Below are positions 40,634 to 52,655 of a DNA stretch of 64,000 nt, one piece after another. The notes under the pieces are model-generated. The model was not told where the DNA came from, did no database searches, and worked only from the letters and a program-made list of their open reading frames with translations. The DNA comes from a virus (Duplodnaviria > Caudoviricetes). Numbering within the stretch: the stretch's first letter is position 1; the number at the start of each line of letters is the position of its first letter. The stretch covers positions 32,001-96,000 of IMG/VR virus record IMGVR_UViG_3300021255_000109; one strand, 5' to 3'. Position numbers and translations under genes: made by a program.

Positions 40634-40974
40634 TAATTTTTATGAACCTCTTTATCAAACTAACGTTTTCGCTTCATAACTTTATCTCCTTTTTTCATTT
40701 TCTATATATATTATACTAAATTTTTTCTAAAAAATCAATAGATCAGAAAAATGACTAGATCAACTTCAAACTAGTCATGCCCGACCGTTTGGCTGCAAAC
40801 AACAGGTCTCGGGCTTATCAACGCAACAGACTTGCAGAATCTGACGTGGGAAGCTTTTACCCCATATGCACCTCAGCTCTGTTCTTCCCCACTGTACTAG
40901 GGGTGTCCACCTATTACATATGTTTTTCTTAGGGCTTGCCGCGCTTATCGCGAGTGGAGGCGGATCTCCACTAA

Positions 40975-41047
40975 TACTCAATATAGGACTTGAACCTATG
41001 ACCCTCCGTTTGTAGGACGGACGCTCTCCCAACTGAGCTAATTGAGT
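40975..41047 (-). tRNA. tRNA-Val(TAC)
   Basis: Cloverleaf; loop CCTACAA. Confidence 0.9.
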
Positions 41048-41101
41048 AAAATGCCCTAATTTCTTATTACGATGAACACGCGGGCCGCCAAATCTCGAAA
41101 T

Positions 41102-41172
41102 ATGCTATGCGGGATTCGAACCCTATGCTCCTTCGATTGAGAATCGAACGCTTTACCTGTTAAGCATAGCAT
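41102..41172 (-). tRNA. Atypical tRNA-like gene, anticodon CTC
   Basis: D-, anticodon and T-arms present; acceptor/D junction irregular. Confidence 0.55.
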
Positions 41173-41490
41173 AGAATTAAAATGCGCTAAAAATGAAACT
41201 GCCAAACTCTTTTCAACGCTTTGAAAAAACCATATCGCCAAGATTTTTCCAGGATAGTTTTTCAAGGAGTTCTCCCGTCGCGATTTTGGTGGGAGCTTAT
41301 TACCTGGATTCCAACCAGAACCTCTCTTGCAGTAAAATGTGCCTCCAGGAGGGCTGTTAAGAAACGAGCCTGGATATTTGGACATAAATAGCAGTTTAGG
41401 TTTCCACGACGAACTCTGCCAAACTTGGAGAACGAAACCCATTTCATTGCAAGCAAATCCATGGTAAAAACACTTAAGTTTTTGTTCCAA

Positions 41491-41563
41491 TGACTCCTAC
41501 TGGATTCGAACCAATGACTCTAGCGTGAGAGGCTAGCGGCTTAGACCACTTGCCGAAGGAGCC
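41491..41563 (-). tRNA. tRNA-Glu(CTC)
   Basis: Cloverleaf; loop CTCTCAC. Confidence 0.9.
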
Positions 41564-41567
41564 TTAA

Positions 41568-41640
41568 TAGCCCGTAGGAGAATCGAACTCCTGACTCAAC
41601 CGTGAAAGGGTTGCGGCTTAAACCACTTGCCGAACGGGCC
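41568..41640 (-). tRNA. tRNA-Glu(TTC)
   Basis: Cloverleaf; loop CTTTCAC. Confidence 0.92.
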
Positions 41641-41991
41641 TTTACATCGCTTTTGATAACAGAAGGGAGCGATAACCCCACCTGGTCTTACAACAGTTCA
41701 GTTTAAAGTCCTAACTGGGATGGCAGCAAACTGTAAAGGACTATTAAAGTTATATAAAGTTTTATCTTACTTTGTAAGATTCAACAGTAATCTCACCAAA
41801 CCGGTCTCTAATGAATTCAACTTCTGCATAAGATTTCACAAAAGTCATGTGCTTCTTGTGATGGTCATCGACATAATATACTACATACATCATGTGCGCT
41901 TTCTCCTTCTTAAATTGTGAAATTGATTTTTAGTGACTTTTCATTTTCTATAAATATTATACCAAATTTTTTACAAAAAATCAAACGTGCA

Positions 41992-42282
41992 TCATTTTCG
42001 TTTGCAACATTTTAACCAGTAGCGATAGAACTCCTTCAGCGTAGGATACCGCTTTCTGAGATACTCATTATCTCCTCGCTCCCACTCTGCTTTAGCTTCA
42101 TCCCATGTCCAACGAACGATATAATCATGAATATCATAGGATTCATACACCTTTTTATAGGCGCCACCATTTGGCATGTCTTCTGTATTTCTGACTTTCT
42201 TGTTGGCAAACTTTTTTGATTCTTTTGTGGTACCAGGATTGCCATCAGTATAAACTGGACATCTCTTGTAAGATCGACTCAT
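41992..42282 (-). CDS. Basic hypothetical protein
   Basis: MSRSYK...K..ANKKVR...YKKVY.S.DI.DY pattern; RBS. Confidence 0.7.
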   Translation of the reverse strand: MSRSYKRCPVYTDGNPGTTKESKKFANKKVRNTEDMPNGGAYKKVYESYDIHDYIVRWTWDEAKAEWERGDNEYLRKRYPTLKEFYRYWLKCCKRK

Positions 42283-42312
42283 ACTTTATCCCTCCTGTTT
42301 ATTTTATAGAAG

Positions 42313-42387
42313 CAACCATGACGGGACTCGAACCCGCGACCTCCGAAGTGACAGTCCGGCACTCTGAACCAGCTGAGCTACATGGCT
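42313..42387 (-). tRNA. tRNA-Asp(GTC)
   Basis: Cloverleaf; loop CTGTCAC; G73. Confidence 0.9.
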
Positions 42388-42711
42388 ATATAAAGGCTAT
42401 TTAAAATACTTTCGTACGCTCTGCCCAAAGCTCATATGTCTCCAAACAAAGAGTCTACTCATATTTAAGGCGCCACCCTTTACCCGTTTTCCATTGAGCA
42501 TATTTCCCTCGTAAGGACGCATACACTCACACGCACCCATGGATTGTCAGTTTTTATCCCTATTGTAACAAGCAGGTAAAACTTCCCAGAAACGCTCTCG
42601 ACGACGCGACATCTTTATTCTTATTGAATTAGTGAGGAGCATCGCATACAATCTCTAAGTCACCAGGACCAGAAGTTTAAAGTCTTATGTTCCCTGGATG
42701 TAAAGACTCAA

Positions 42712-42786
42712 TACTCTAGAAGGGATTCGAACCCATACTGTCCTGATCCTAAGTCAGGTGCCTCCTGCCAATTGGGCTACTAGAGC
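42712..42786 (-). tRNA. tRNA-Leu(TAG), short variable loop
   Basis: Cloverleaf; loop CTTAGGA. Confidence 0.88.
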
Positions 42787-43145
42787 ATATTTCAGATAGA
42801 TGGCCGCCACGCCTTTAGCCATGCTCGGATATCTATCATACCCTATTCTCATTCTATCTGAGATGCGATAAAAGTTTAACCTATATCACTTTCAAAGATA
42901 CTTGGCCTAGACCGGGCGCCAAGAACCTGACCACTCTTGCTTAACTCCCCCGATAGTGCTCGCGGCTGTATTCTCGACAGCTGAGATTTACATTGGCTGA
43001 GGTAAATCAACTCACATGTTTGGTTATTGTTCCAATATCAACTACTTACAGGGCCTTCTTACCCAAGCCAGAGAATAGGATTTACGTGTCGTTGCTAGGT
43101 TCTCCACGTGGTTAGTGGGATATGGCTGCTCTACCTATTCTTTTT

Positions 43146-43282
43146 CAAGACGGTTACGACATTTTATGATATATTCCTCGTAAGGCGATTATGAAAAAGC
43201 CTGCATCAACACATAATCCTTTTAAATTGACAGCACCACGCCATATCTGAATTTTTGAATTTATTTGCAGTTCAATCGTCTT
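43146..43282 (-). ncRNA. Element E11
   Basis: AAGACG-ATTGAACTGCAA ... CGTCTTG directly after a promoter. Confidence 0.5.
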
Positions 43283-43796
43283 TTTTATCTTACATAAATA
43301 TTATAACAAATTTTTTCCAAAAAATCAATTTGGCGATTTTTTAATTGATAGCTATAAATACAGCATCATTAGTACCACCATCAGTTATCTCTATAATATC
43401 AAAATCGTTTGGATAATCTGAATCAAAGTTGCCCTGGATATATATTTCTGCGTCAAGGTTAGGAGCTTCTGTCAATAACTTTTGAATTACTTCTCGAACT
43501 GTCATTTTTTCTCCTTTCTTTATCTTACATAAATATTATACCAAATTTTTTACAAAAAATCAAAAGTGCAATTTTTTACTTGAAGTAGCATTGAGAGCAT
43601 CTACTAGTGTTCTTCAAGATTAGTGTTTGGTTTCTCTTCAGAAAAGGAGTGCTTGTTGATATTCGGTCTTTCAGCTCTTCATCTCCGTTACCTTCATCAA
43701 GATATATTTTAAAAGGCTACTTGAGTTTCCTTTCTTTATCTTATATAAATATTATAACAAAAATTTTCCAAAAAATCAATAATGATCTTTTTCTTT

Positions 43797-44057
43797 TTAT
43801 TCAGGAGTATCCTCAGGATCAGGTGTCGCAGTAGTATGAATATAACATTGATTCATAATTAGCCTACCGTCACAAGTTAATAATGTTGCACTGTGTGATG
43901 GTAATGTACTAATTGCCGCAGAGGCTAAAACCTAATGATATTTACTTTCAGCTTGTAATCTCGCTATTGTAGGATTTTCGTCATATGCAGAATGTACAAT
44001 ATTACCATATGTACCATCTTCATATTTTTGAATTTCAATAATATAATATTGGTTCAT
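43797..44057 (-). CDS. Small tail-fibre-associated protein (in-frame TAG)
   Basis: YYIEIQ...AESKYH*VLASAAIS.LP.HSA. Confidence 0.7.
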
Positions 44058-44075
44058 ATTTAATCTCCTTTATAT

Positions 44076-45413
44076 TTAATTATCATATCCAGCAATAAAC
44101 TCCGCATTACCAATAGATGGATTAAAAGTTTTATTTACTAAATCATAAAATCCTGCTTTTTTATCAGTATTGCGTACCACTGGAATATAATATCTAATTA
44201 ATTCATTCTGTTTTTTAATTTTAAAATAATAAAATTTATGGCTTGGTGCGCTAGTATCACCAACACCAGAACCAACACGATTTTTTCCAATTGTAATATT
44301 TAATGCACTCATTTCAGATTCATCTGTTGCAGTAGTAGCAGTGTGTGATTCACCATTATAAGTTGCAGTTGCGCTACCATATTCCATATGTATATCTACT
44401 GGTGCATTAATAAGATGACCTAAACCACCAGCATTTAAGCCTGCACTAGCACCAGCTCGTCTATTATTTAATGTTATCGTATAACGACCATTATCAGAAC
44501 TTCCATGAATAAGTCTCCAACAAGCTTTTGATTCGCCATCATAATTAGCAAAAACATAAGCATATTTTTTATATTCTACTGGTTGTACACGTAAATCAAT
44601 TTGAATTGTAACATCATTACCAGCTACGCCAGTATCAATAAACGATGCTGTACCAACTGTTTGAATATAATCACAGAGTGAATAACCAATTAAATCAGTA
44701 TAAGTCCAATATGTTAAAGATAAATCAATTGCACTAGCACTACTAATAGTATTATTACCACGAACAGTTTTTAATTGTTCTGGTGTTAAAGTATAATAAA
44801 CTGGTGTTGCTGTCGTATCAATAAACTCAATAGGATTAGCATTAAGATAAACTCCTATAGATTCTTTAGTATCACCAACTAAATCAGTTGAAAGTCTTTG
44901 TACAGTTGATTTAGGATAATTCTCGTTTACACGTATACCATTTAAAGTAGCATCAAGAAAAGGCTCTGGATGCAAATAATTACAACATTTAATAGCATTA
45001 TGAGCTAATGAAGTATCTCTATCATCGCCATCCCACCAAAGCCAAAACTAAGTATAACCATTATTAGTTGCAATTGATGTAATACGTGATGTAACATCTT
45101 CTGGCTACGTTCTTAATATATATGGACAAATTAACTATCCAGTTGCTAAGTCAAGACTTCCGCCATAAATTAATGTAGGAAACTAAGTAACTATATTAGT
45201 ATTATTAAAAATTGTAGTAATTTGATTCCAGCCTGAAAAAGTTCTTACATTATCTGGACTTGCTTCTCCAGAACCATGCCATATAGGATCAAAATTAATT
45301 ATACAATGTTTAACTTTTGCGACCAAATCAGCATCAAAACTCATTGATGTATTATAATTAATAGTTCTTAAATGGGGAGTATTTAACAATATCTATCTGC
45401 GTATTAATTCCAT
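44076..45413 (-). CDS. Tail fibre/receptor-binding-like protein (5 in-frame TAGs)
   Basis: TAGs at 45393, 45183, 45135, 45105, 45048; C-terminal YI...G..FIDTG...PV.R....G.YDLV domain. Confidence 0.75.
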
Positions 45414-45415
45414 AT

Positions 45416-47029
45416 TTAAACTACCCATGACATCACCGCCCCATATACTCCATTTAAAATAGAAATTTCATAAGTCCTATTAGTTTCAATTTCAAACCAT
45501 TCTGGCATTTTTACTGTATTTGGCAAAGTTAATACAGTAGGAGTAGAACCAGAAGTAAACAATATGTTACAAATACCAGTAGCAGATGGAGTAAAAGATA
45601 ATGTTAATACTGTGCCACAAATATAACGGTAGTTTCCTTGTGCGGTAATTACTGGATCTGTGCCTGTAACTGTCTATTCAGTTATTCCGCTACCACTTGA
45701 TGATGATCCACTATTAACCATCTAATCTACATATCCTTTAGTAGCAACATCCATATTATTAGTAGGTCCAATACCAACAGTTAATTTACCTGCTAATACT
45801 TCATTACCATTCCAATCTAAAGTTCTTGCATTAGAACGATTTATAATAGTATTATCTTGCGGATCTTGTATTCCATTACCAACAATTTCAATATAAGTTC
45901 CTTTATTATTCGCCTCTGCTGTTGTAGCATTTGTTTCTATTACATTATATTCTCCAAAAACAAACTAAGAGCGTTTTGCCGCTTCAGTTCCATAGCCTTG
46001 ACTATGAGAAAATCTTCCGCTAGCAACAGTTTGAATACCTTCAGCATGTGCGCCAAGACCTGTAGCTTGACTTTGGCCTCCTTCTGCATGCGTATAATAA
46101 CCACTAGCAATAGTATATACCCCTTCTGCGTGTGCAGATTGACCACTCGCTGTTGTATGTTCTCCTTCTGCATGAGATGCTAAACCGCTAGCTTCAGAAT
46201 AATCACCTTCTGCATGAGATGCTGCGCCACTTGCTGTTGTCTAATAACCACTTGTAAATGAATTTTCTCCTTCTGCAATAGTTAATTCTCCAATCGCAAT
46301 AGCTCCATATTCTCTTGCGACATTATTAAGTCCAATAGCTATTGCATTATCTTCAGAAACTGTATTACCTTCACCAATAGCAACAGTAGCTACTCTTGAT
46401 TCTAATTTATTCGCCACACCAATAGAATAGCCAAAATATTTGCTTGTTTCACCATCTCTAGCTATTTGTAAAGGAGTATCTGTATATCCATATATTAAAG
46501 ATTTTGGCAATTCAACTTTTGTATTATTTATCTATTCTACTAAAAACTTATATGTGCCAGCTTCACTTGTTAAAATATCAAGCGTTCCATCATCATCTGT
46601 CTCAACAATTATAAATGGACAATTATCAGTTTTATATGGTATACTAGCGTCAATGTCAATATATAGATTTAAGTTCCCTAAATAAGAATATAATCGCGTT
46701 GAACACCATGTCTTACCATCTAAAATATACTGTTGTGATTCATTCGTTGTAGCATTAGTAAATGTGACTCGAAATTGATAATAGGTTGGCCTTTGAGTTT
46801 TAGTAACAGTTGCTTTTGGACTTTTATATCCTTCTGTTACCGCAGTTGTTACTGTAAATTCTCCTCCATAAACTGTAGTATATGTACTATTAATAATACC
46901 TGCATTACCTATTGCGCTTTTATCAACTTTTATATTATCAATAATATTTACAGCAGTTTCTAAAGTATCCAACTAATCTTTTTTTAATCGAGTTATACCA
47001 TTTGCATCTAAAAATTTTTTAGTTGGCAT
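45416..47029 (-). CDS. Fibre/adhesin-like protein with SHAEG beta-roll repeats (at least 6 in-frame TAGs)
   Basis: MPTKKFLDANG; (S/A)HAEG..T.ASG repeats; S*FVFGEYN; IVGNG...RSNARTLDW. Confidence 0.82.
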
Positions 47030-47238
47030 AAAACACATTTCCTCCTTTTTGTCATATAAAAAAGAGAGGATAATTTCCTCTCTTCAAAATCAAATTGAGT
47101 GCTTTTGGCGGGAGCAGTCTCGTTTGCGCTACGACACCCAGTATTCATACTTTCCGCTTCGCTTCTCACGGAGTTATGAATCCATATGGCAGAACTTCTA
47201 CTGCACTCCCCAAAAACACTCAATTTTTCACTAACTAA

Positions 47239-47309
47239 CAAGAGCGCAAGGACTCGAACCCTGACCTGGAGTTTTGGAGACTCATATGCTACCATTACAC
47301 TACGCCCTT
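47239..47309 (-). tRNA. tRNA-Trp(CCA)
   Basis: Cloverleaf; loop CTCCAAA; G73. Confidence 0.85.
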
Positions 47310-47314
47310 ATATA

Positions 47315-47402
47315 CAAGACGCCGACCTGATTTGTTTCTTTTATTCAGGATTTAATTAATTAATTAATTTTGGCGAAACTAGTAATTGCCGTACAGCGTC
47401 TC
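47315..47402 (-). ncRNA. Element E12
   Basis: GAGACGC-TGTACGGCAA ... GCGTCTTG directly after a promoter. Confidence 0.5.
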
Positions 47403-47452
47403 TCTTTTTATCTTATATAAATATTATATTAAATTTTTTTTAAAAAATCAAG

Positions 47453-48295
47453 TTATTCATGGCCCCAAGCTGTACGCCCATCACCCCAATAGACTAAATA
47501 AGTTGGAAGATAAGCTAAACCCCAACCAGGAATTTCTAAATTATAGCTTACAAATATATCTATGCATCCAGATGGTACTCCGCGATCGCGCACTTCAAAT
47601 TCACCTAATCCTTCAACATATAAATGTGTACCAAAAGGAATATCATATCCTGCAGCGCATGTAACCCAAGGAATAGACCCAAAGCCATTTGCAGATCCTG
47701 AATTGTGCATTTGTTCCGCGCTATAAAAAGTTACTCTAAAATTACCTAAGTATTGTCGTGCGGGAGCAACTGGTGCGGGTGGAGGAGCTGCCTCAACTGT
47801 TACTGGAACAGGGGGTGGAGCGATCTCAGAAGCGGGCACCGCACTCTCTGTAACAACAATAATTTCTTCTTCCAATTCTATTACTTCTATTGGATTTTCT
47901 GGCTCGGCAGATGTTAAATAGCTATCCCATACAAAAAATTTTTCTAAACCAATGGCTATAATATCCCATCCACAAGATTTACCTACTACTCTTACTTTTG
48001 TATCTCTCAATAAATAATTCCATCTATTACTGTCAGTAGATGGAATAGTTCTTACATTTAACACGTCACAATTGACATACATTATTTCATTAACTTTTAT
48101 ACAACTAAATATAATTTGATTCTCTGGATTATGGACTCTATAACTTGCATCTTCTTCTGTGATAGTTACATATTCCACTGTATATTTAGTACGAATTTCT
48201 TGTAGTCGGTCATCCTAATTAGGCTAAGCAACTACAACAATAGAAAATGACATAATTAAACAAATGAGGATACTAATTATTCGTTTAAATTTCAT
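47453..48295 (-). CDS. Secreted SH3b + 3D-domain cell-wall protein (TAGs at 48224, 48215)
   Basis: Signal peptide upstream of the TAGs; LNVR..P; F.VT.Y, IPFGT.LY.EG, DRG, IDIF. Confidence 0.8.
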
Positions 48296-48321
48296 AATTA
48301 TACTCCTTTATTTTAATTCAA

Positions 48322-48412
48322 TACGCGCTCTGGGACTCGAACCCAGCTTAACAACCTTGCTAGGGCCTACTGCTTATAAGGCAGGGGCTCTCACCGAATG
48401 AGCTAAGCGCGC
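48322..48412 (-). tRNA. tRNA-Ile(TAT) with long variable region
   Basis: Cloverleaf; loop CTTATAA; A73. Confidence 0.8.
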
Positions 48413-48425
48413 ATATAAATGGGGC

Positions 48426-48731
48426 TTAAAGCCCCAACTGTTTCATCAACTCTTCTACTGTTTTTCGCTCATTATCAGTGAATTCCGCAGGTTCAAAACT
48501 AGTTGGTCTAACAGCATTATTCATATTATTTTCAAAATTCAACTCATTTGATTGATTTACTATGCCCACAGGTACTTTAGGACAGGTCATTGCAATAGCC
48601 ACTTGCATTTTTTCGCCACCTTCTGTAGACCAGACATAAATTTTTTTATCAAATTCTCCGATGTAATCTGTACCAAAAGCTGCTGCAATTTTTTCGATTA
48701 CGTGCAGCTTAGCCTCCGCGCCTTTTGCCAT
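48426..48731 (-). CDS. Hypothetical protein
   Basis: ORF coupled to the upstream gene. Confidence 0.65.
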   Translation of the reverse strand: MAKGAEAKLHVIEKIAAAFGTDYIGEFDKKIYVWSTEGGEKMQVAIAMTCPKVPVGIVNQSNELNFENNMNNAVRPTSFEPAEFTDNERKTVEELMKQLGL

Positions 48732-50128
48732 TATTTTTCCTCCATACATTCATCTGCACAAGATAAACAATAACATTTTTCTTGCTTTTCATCATATACT
48801 GTTTCGCTTGCCATAAACCAAGCTTCGCAGTTGTCACAATATACCACTTCTCCATTATCAACGCAATTCATACATACAATTTCGCCGCGTTCAGTGACTA
48901 CAAAATCTTCATTTTCGTAAATACGTTCGCCGCATACATCACATATCTGATAATTCGTAGATAACATTAATTCATTATCACAATCTTCGCACACCATAAT
49001 TGCGGCGCCTCCTCCTCTAATAGGACGTTTACCACAACATAAGCATGGTACTTCAGCACCAATACGAATTTTTACGTGTCTATAATTACTAAAACCTGCC
49101 ATTACATTATTATTGTAATAAGGATTTTTATAATAACTTGATAATAGTAAATCATTATAATGCAAATCACTACCATCTTCAATAATATCATTCATAGGTA
49201 ATAATTCGTAGCCTTTATAAGTATACAAAGGCACATATCTATCACTTAAACCAATATTATAGTTACAAGAAGCTCTGCCAATCATTGGGTCATAAACTGC
49301 ATTAATATATTTATTAGAAAAACCCACCCAATCGTTAGATAAAAAATCTTTCTGAATTATTGGTAAAATGCCTTCAACAGTAAATGGATACTGCCGGCCC
49401 AAAAAACAATGCATCCTTGCATTATCCATAAATAATAACATGCGCCATTTTTTAGAATTCCATAATACATTATCTGGAAACTGAGGAATTTGTACCTCAT
49501 TTTCACCTTTTAAATAGCATACAATAGTAGAATTATCACACATATAACTTAAATTACCCGCACGATAATCTCCATCTAAAGCATGACAAGAGCGCCAATT
49601 ATATGTATTTTCGCTGGAAGAAAGATAATCCAAAGGATGAACTGAAAAACATAAAATGCCTTTTACTTTATCTCGCTGAATATAGCTACTCGCCAATTGT
49701 TGGATTTGTACTAATAATTCAGGAGTTTTAATAAAAAATTTTAAACAACGTATTAATTTCATGCCTGATTTAATATCTGCTGGCATATTATCTGTAACAT
49801 TTGTTACTATATTAGAAAAGAAGCCTTCAGCATTTATATTTAAAAATTCAATTACTGATAGACGTACTTTATCATCTAAAATCATATCACCAAGTTGGTT
49901 TAAAAAATCTTCAAACATTGTTGATTTTTTTTCTACGTCTAAATGCAACTCAACAGGGCCATATTCATATATTAATTGATTATGTAAAAACTCTCGTATA
50001 AGATATGATTTTTGTCTTGCCCACATATCAAAAATCTGAGTTATAACGTCTTGGTTAGGAGTAAATTCCTGAGAATATTTAATAACATCTGTAAACTGCT
50101 GCTTTATTAAATCAAGATTTTCAAACAT
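48731..50128 (-). CDS. Hypothetical protein, HPLDY/WxSC family with C-terminal Zn ribbons
   Basis: SVHPLDYLSSSEN..NWRSCH.L.G.YRAG; WNSKKWR; CxxC repeats. Confidence 0.75.
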   Translation of the reverse strand: MFENLDLIKQQFTDVIKYSQEFTPNQDVITQIFDMWARQKSYLIREFLHNQLIYEYGPVELHLDVEKKSTMFEDFLNQLGDMILDDKVRLSVIEFLNINAEGFFSNIVTNVTDNMPADIKSGMKLIRCLKFFIKTPELLVQIQQLASSYIQRDKVKGILCFSVHPLDYLSSSENTYNWRSCHALDGDYRAGNLSYMCDNSTIVCYLKGENEVQIPQFPDNVLWNSKKWRMLLFMDNARMHCFLGRQYPFTVEGILPIIQKDFLSNDWVGFSNKYINAVYDPMIGRASCNYNIGLSDRYVPLYTYKGYELLPMNDIIEDGSDLHYNDLLLSSYYKNPYYNNNVMAGFSNYRHVKIRIGAEVPCLCCGKRPIRGGGAAIMVCEDCDNELMLSTNYQICDVCGERIYENEDFVVTERGEIVCMNCVDNGEVVYCDNCEAWFMASETVYDEKQEKCYCLSCADECMEEK

Positions 50129-50133
50129 AAATT

Positions 50134-51087
50134 TTATTTTGCTCCATTAAAATATTTTATTTTCTTACCTTTTTTACAATTCGGACAAACACCTTTATCT
50201 AATATACCAGGCAAATATCCTTCATAACATTCATCACACCATTCTACCGGTATTTTACCAATACAATTCCCACAATACATGAATTGTTTTTTCCCATCAG
50301 ATATTGGAATTTGTTCATATGCATGTAATATCTTCCCGCAACTCGCGCATTTAGCATCAAATTTACACATTCGTATCCATTTAAACGAATGTTGAGGAAT
50401 ATTTTCTGGATTTAACATGCGAATTACACGCTTAATAGTTCTAAACATGTGATCAACATGTAACAACTCAATGTATGAATGTTCGTTTACATATCCAATA
50501 GATAAATTCACGCCGCATACATTCCACTGAGGACATAGTTCTACTATATCTGAAAAAGAACCTAATTCTGTAACAAAACCAAAACTTTCAATAAAATCTA
50601 TAAAATCCTGATTACCGCACTCATAAAACACGCAATCATTTTTTCCTCGTCTATCCAACTCAATAATATATCGAATACTATTTTTTGCTGGAGTATAACT
50701 TAAAGACAAATTTGTAGCACCAACACACCCTATCTCTTCATCTGTCGTAAAAGCAATATGAGGTCTATAATTTGTGCAAGAGAGAATATGCAAAATTGCA
50801 AATACACCAGCTCTATCATCTGCACCAAGCCCTTCAGGACTCCATATTACATTATTTTCTTTATCATAATATATATTCTGAGGAGGACTATGAAAAACCG
50901 TATCCAAATGCGCAACTAGCATAATTGGTGTTGTACCTTTCGCAATAATTCCATTAGAAGAGGCAATAACATTTTTCTTTCCATAAGTTTGCTGTAATAT
51001 AGTAACTAATGTTTTATGCAATTGCGGTTGAGTCATTTTTACTATCGTTTTAAAATTCTCATATTCTCGTGTACTTAATTCATGCAT
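50134..51087 (-). CDS. M28/M20-like Zn metallopeptidase with C-terminal Zn ribbon
   Basis: AHLDTV, GADDRAG, DEEIG, ELDRRG, SDI, GY.NEH. Confidence 0.85.
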   Translation of the reverse strand: MHELSTREYENFKTIVKMTQPQLHKTLVTILQQTYGKKNVIASSNGIIAKGTTPIMLVAHLDTVFHSPPQNIYYDKENNVIWSPEGLGADDRAGVFAILHILSCTNYRPHIAFTTDEEIGCVGATNLSLSYTPAKNSIRYIIELDRRGKNDCVFYECGNQDFIDFIESFGFVTELGSFSDIVELCPQWNVCGVNLSIGYVNEHSYIELLHVDHMFRTIKRVIRMLNPENIPQHSFKWIRMCKFDAKCASCGKILHAYEQIPISDGKKQFMYCGNCIGKIPVEWCDECYEGYLPGILDKGVCPNCKKGKKIKYFNGAK

Positions 51088-51150
51088 TATATTCCCTCTT
51101 TCTTTCCATTTTCTATATAAATTATACTAAATTTTTATAAAAAAATCAAC

Positions 51151-51957
51151 TTAACTATTTTCTTCTGTCTTTAAATAGTCTAAATATGACTAGACTTTTT
51201 GCCTATTTGCAAGAAATAGAGCATGATCGCATAAATGGCAGCCCGCACTCAGCGGAAATTCTTCACAATGCTGGCGGCAATTTAAGCGGCTTTTACCAAG
51301 ATCGGGGATAATTAAATCATTAGCTATCTATTGTCCTTTAACTTCAAGGAATAGAAAACCTAAATCTCCGTCCCATTTTCCATCTTTTGCATATACACGC
51401 CAAAATGCTTCTTCAGCTCGTGCATTTACTGTGTTTTGAAATTCAACAATAGCATTAGGGATTATATCATATTCTTTTATATCTTCTGGGCGAATCCATG
51501 TACCATGCGCAAAGGTCGTTAGATAGCCAGGTGACGCATCAATCACATTCGGCAACAAGCGCACAGGAATATTAAATCGTTTGATCTTATCCATAGAAAA
51601 AAATAGAGGAGCATCTAAATATACACATGGTACTCCTGCGCTATATAATCTATTTAACTCCATAAAATTGTTTATTGGCTTTAATAAATATGCTTTTACA
51701 CTAAAGTTTTCAGCTTCATGAATCTATTGGAATTTCATCACTCCTACTGTAAATCCATGTTGAAATTGTTTAGATAAAGCTGCAAGCCATTTCCAATCTA
51801 TAAATTCTTCTTGATTGTAACATTGAATTGTAACTGCCGCATTTGGATATTTACTTGGATAATCTAAAATGCGTTCACGCTATTCATATGATACAATAAT
51901 TTCATCTGCTTTTTCTAAATATTCAGATGAACAATTTGAATGTAAAGCGTATCTCAT
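51151..51957 (-). CDS. U32-peptidase-like/TIM-barrel hypothetical protein (in-frame TAGs)
   Basis: Frame open from ATG 51957 through TAGs; WIRPED..Y, RLNCRQ.C...CHLC. Confidence 0.6.
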
Positions 51958-52059
51958 ATTCATTACCTCCTATATAAAGGATACTATATTTTTTAATATT
52001 TGTCAACCCAAAAATGCCAGAAGCCGTAGCTCCTGGCATTTTTAATAACTCATGGTGCA

Positions 52060-52524
52060 TTACTCAAAGGCTTCGTCAGACTCCAACTCAACTTCAACGA
52101 CATTATCACCATCGGTGTTCCACCTGTAGGTCATAGCCTTGCGAGCCTTCTTGCCCTCTTCCTTGATGGTAGCCTCTTCCTTCACTACCAGACCGTTCTT
52201 AACCAGGGTGTTCAGTCTGTACTGTACCTTTGCGGTGGTAGTATCAACGCCGAGCTCAACCAGCTCATTAGTAACTTCGGCGATAGTCAGCCAACCATTA
52301 GCGTTTACCATAACATCCTCGACCTGCTTGGTCAGCTCATCCATTACCGCCTTCTTCTTAGCGGCAGTTTCCTTAGCCTTTGCAGCCTTCTTCTCCAGAA
52401 GCGCCACTTCCTTCTCTGCGAAGGCACGCAGCTCATCATTAGAGATGGTCAGAACGCCTGTGTTAGCAAAATTTACAAGGGCCTCAAAGTAGTTCTTCTT
52501 AGTCATCTTAGCATCCTTAGTCAT
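52060..52524 (-). CDS. Winged-HTH DNA-binding protein
   Basis: LTIAEV...TAKVQYRLNTLVKNG.V.K. Confidence 0.7.
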   Translation of the reverse strand: MTKDAKMTKKNYFEALVNFANTGVLTISNDELRAFAEKEVALLEKKAAKAKETAAKKKAVMDELTKQVEDVMVNANGWLTIAEVTNELVELGVDTTTAKVQYRLNTLVKNGLVVKEEATIKEEGKKARKAMTYRWNTDGDNVVEVELESDEAFE

Positions 52525-52655
52525 AGCTTTTTCTCCTTTTTGTGTGTGAGTGCTCCTTCGCACTTTTTGTTTTTTTAACTTTCTTTCTTTATCTTACATA
52601 AATATTATATCAAAATTTTTTAGAAAAATCAATTGGCGTTCTTTTCGCCAGTGGT

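Noticed and set aside
40137-41490. ORFs overlapping tRNA genes (e.g. 40197-40403, 40775-41032, 41056-41490)
   Set aside because: They overlap clear tRNAs and have implausible composition
38522-42786. TAG-anticodon tRNAs as additional amber suppressors
   Set aside because: Anticodon TAG reads CUA (Leu); only CTA reads amber
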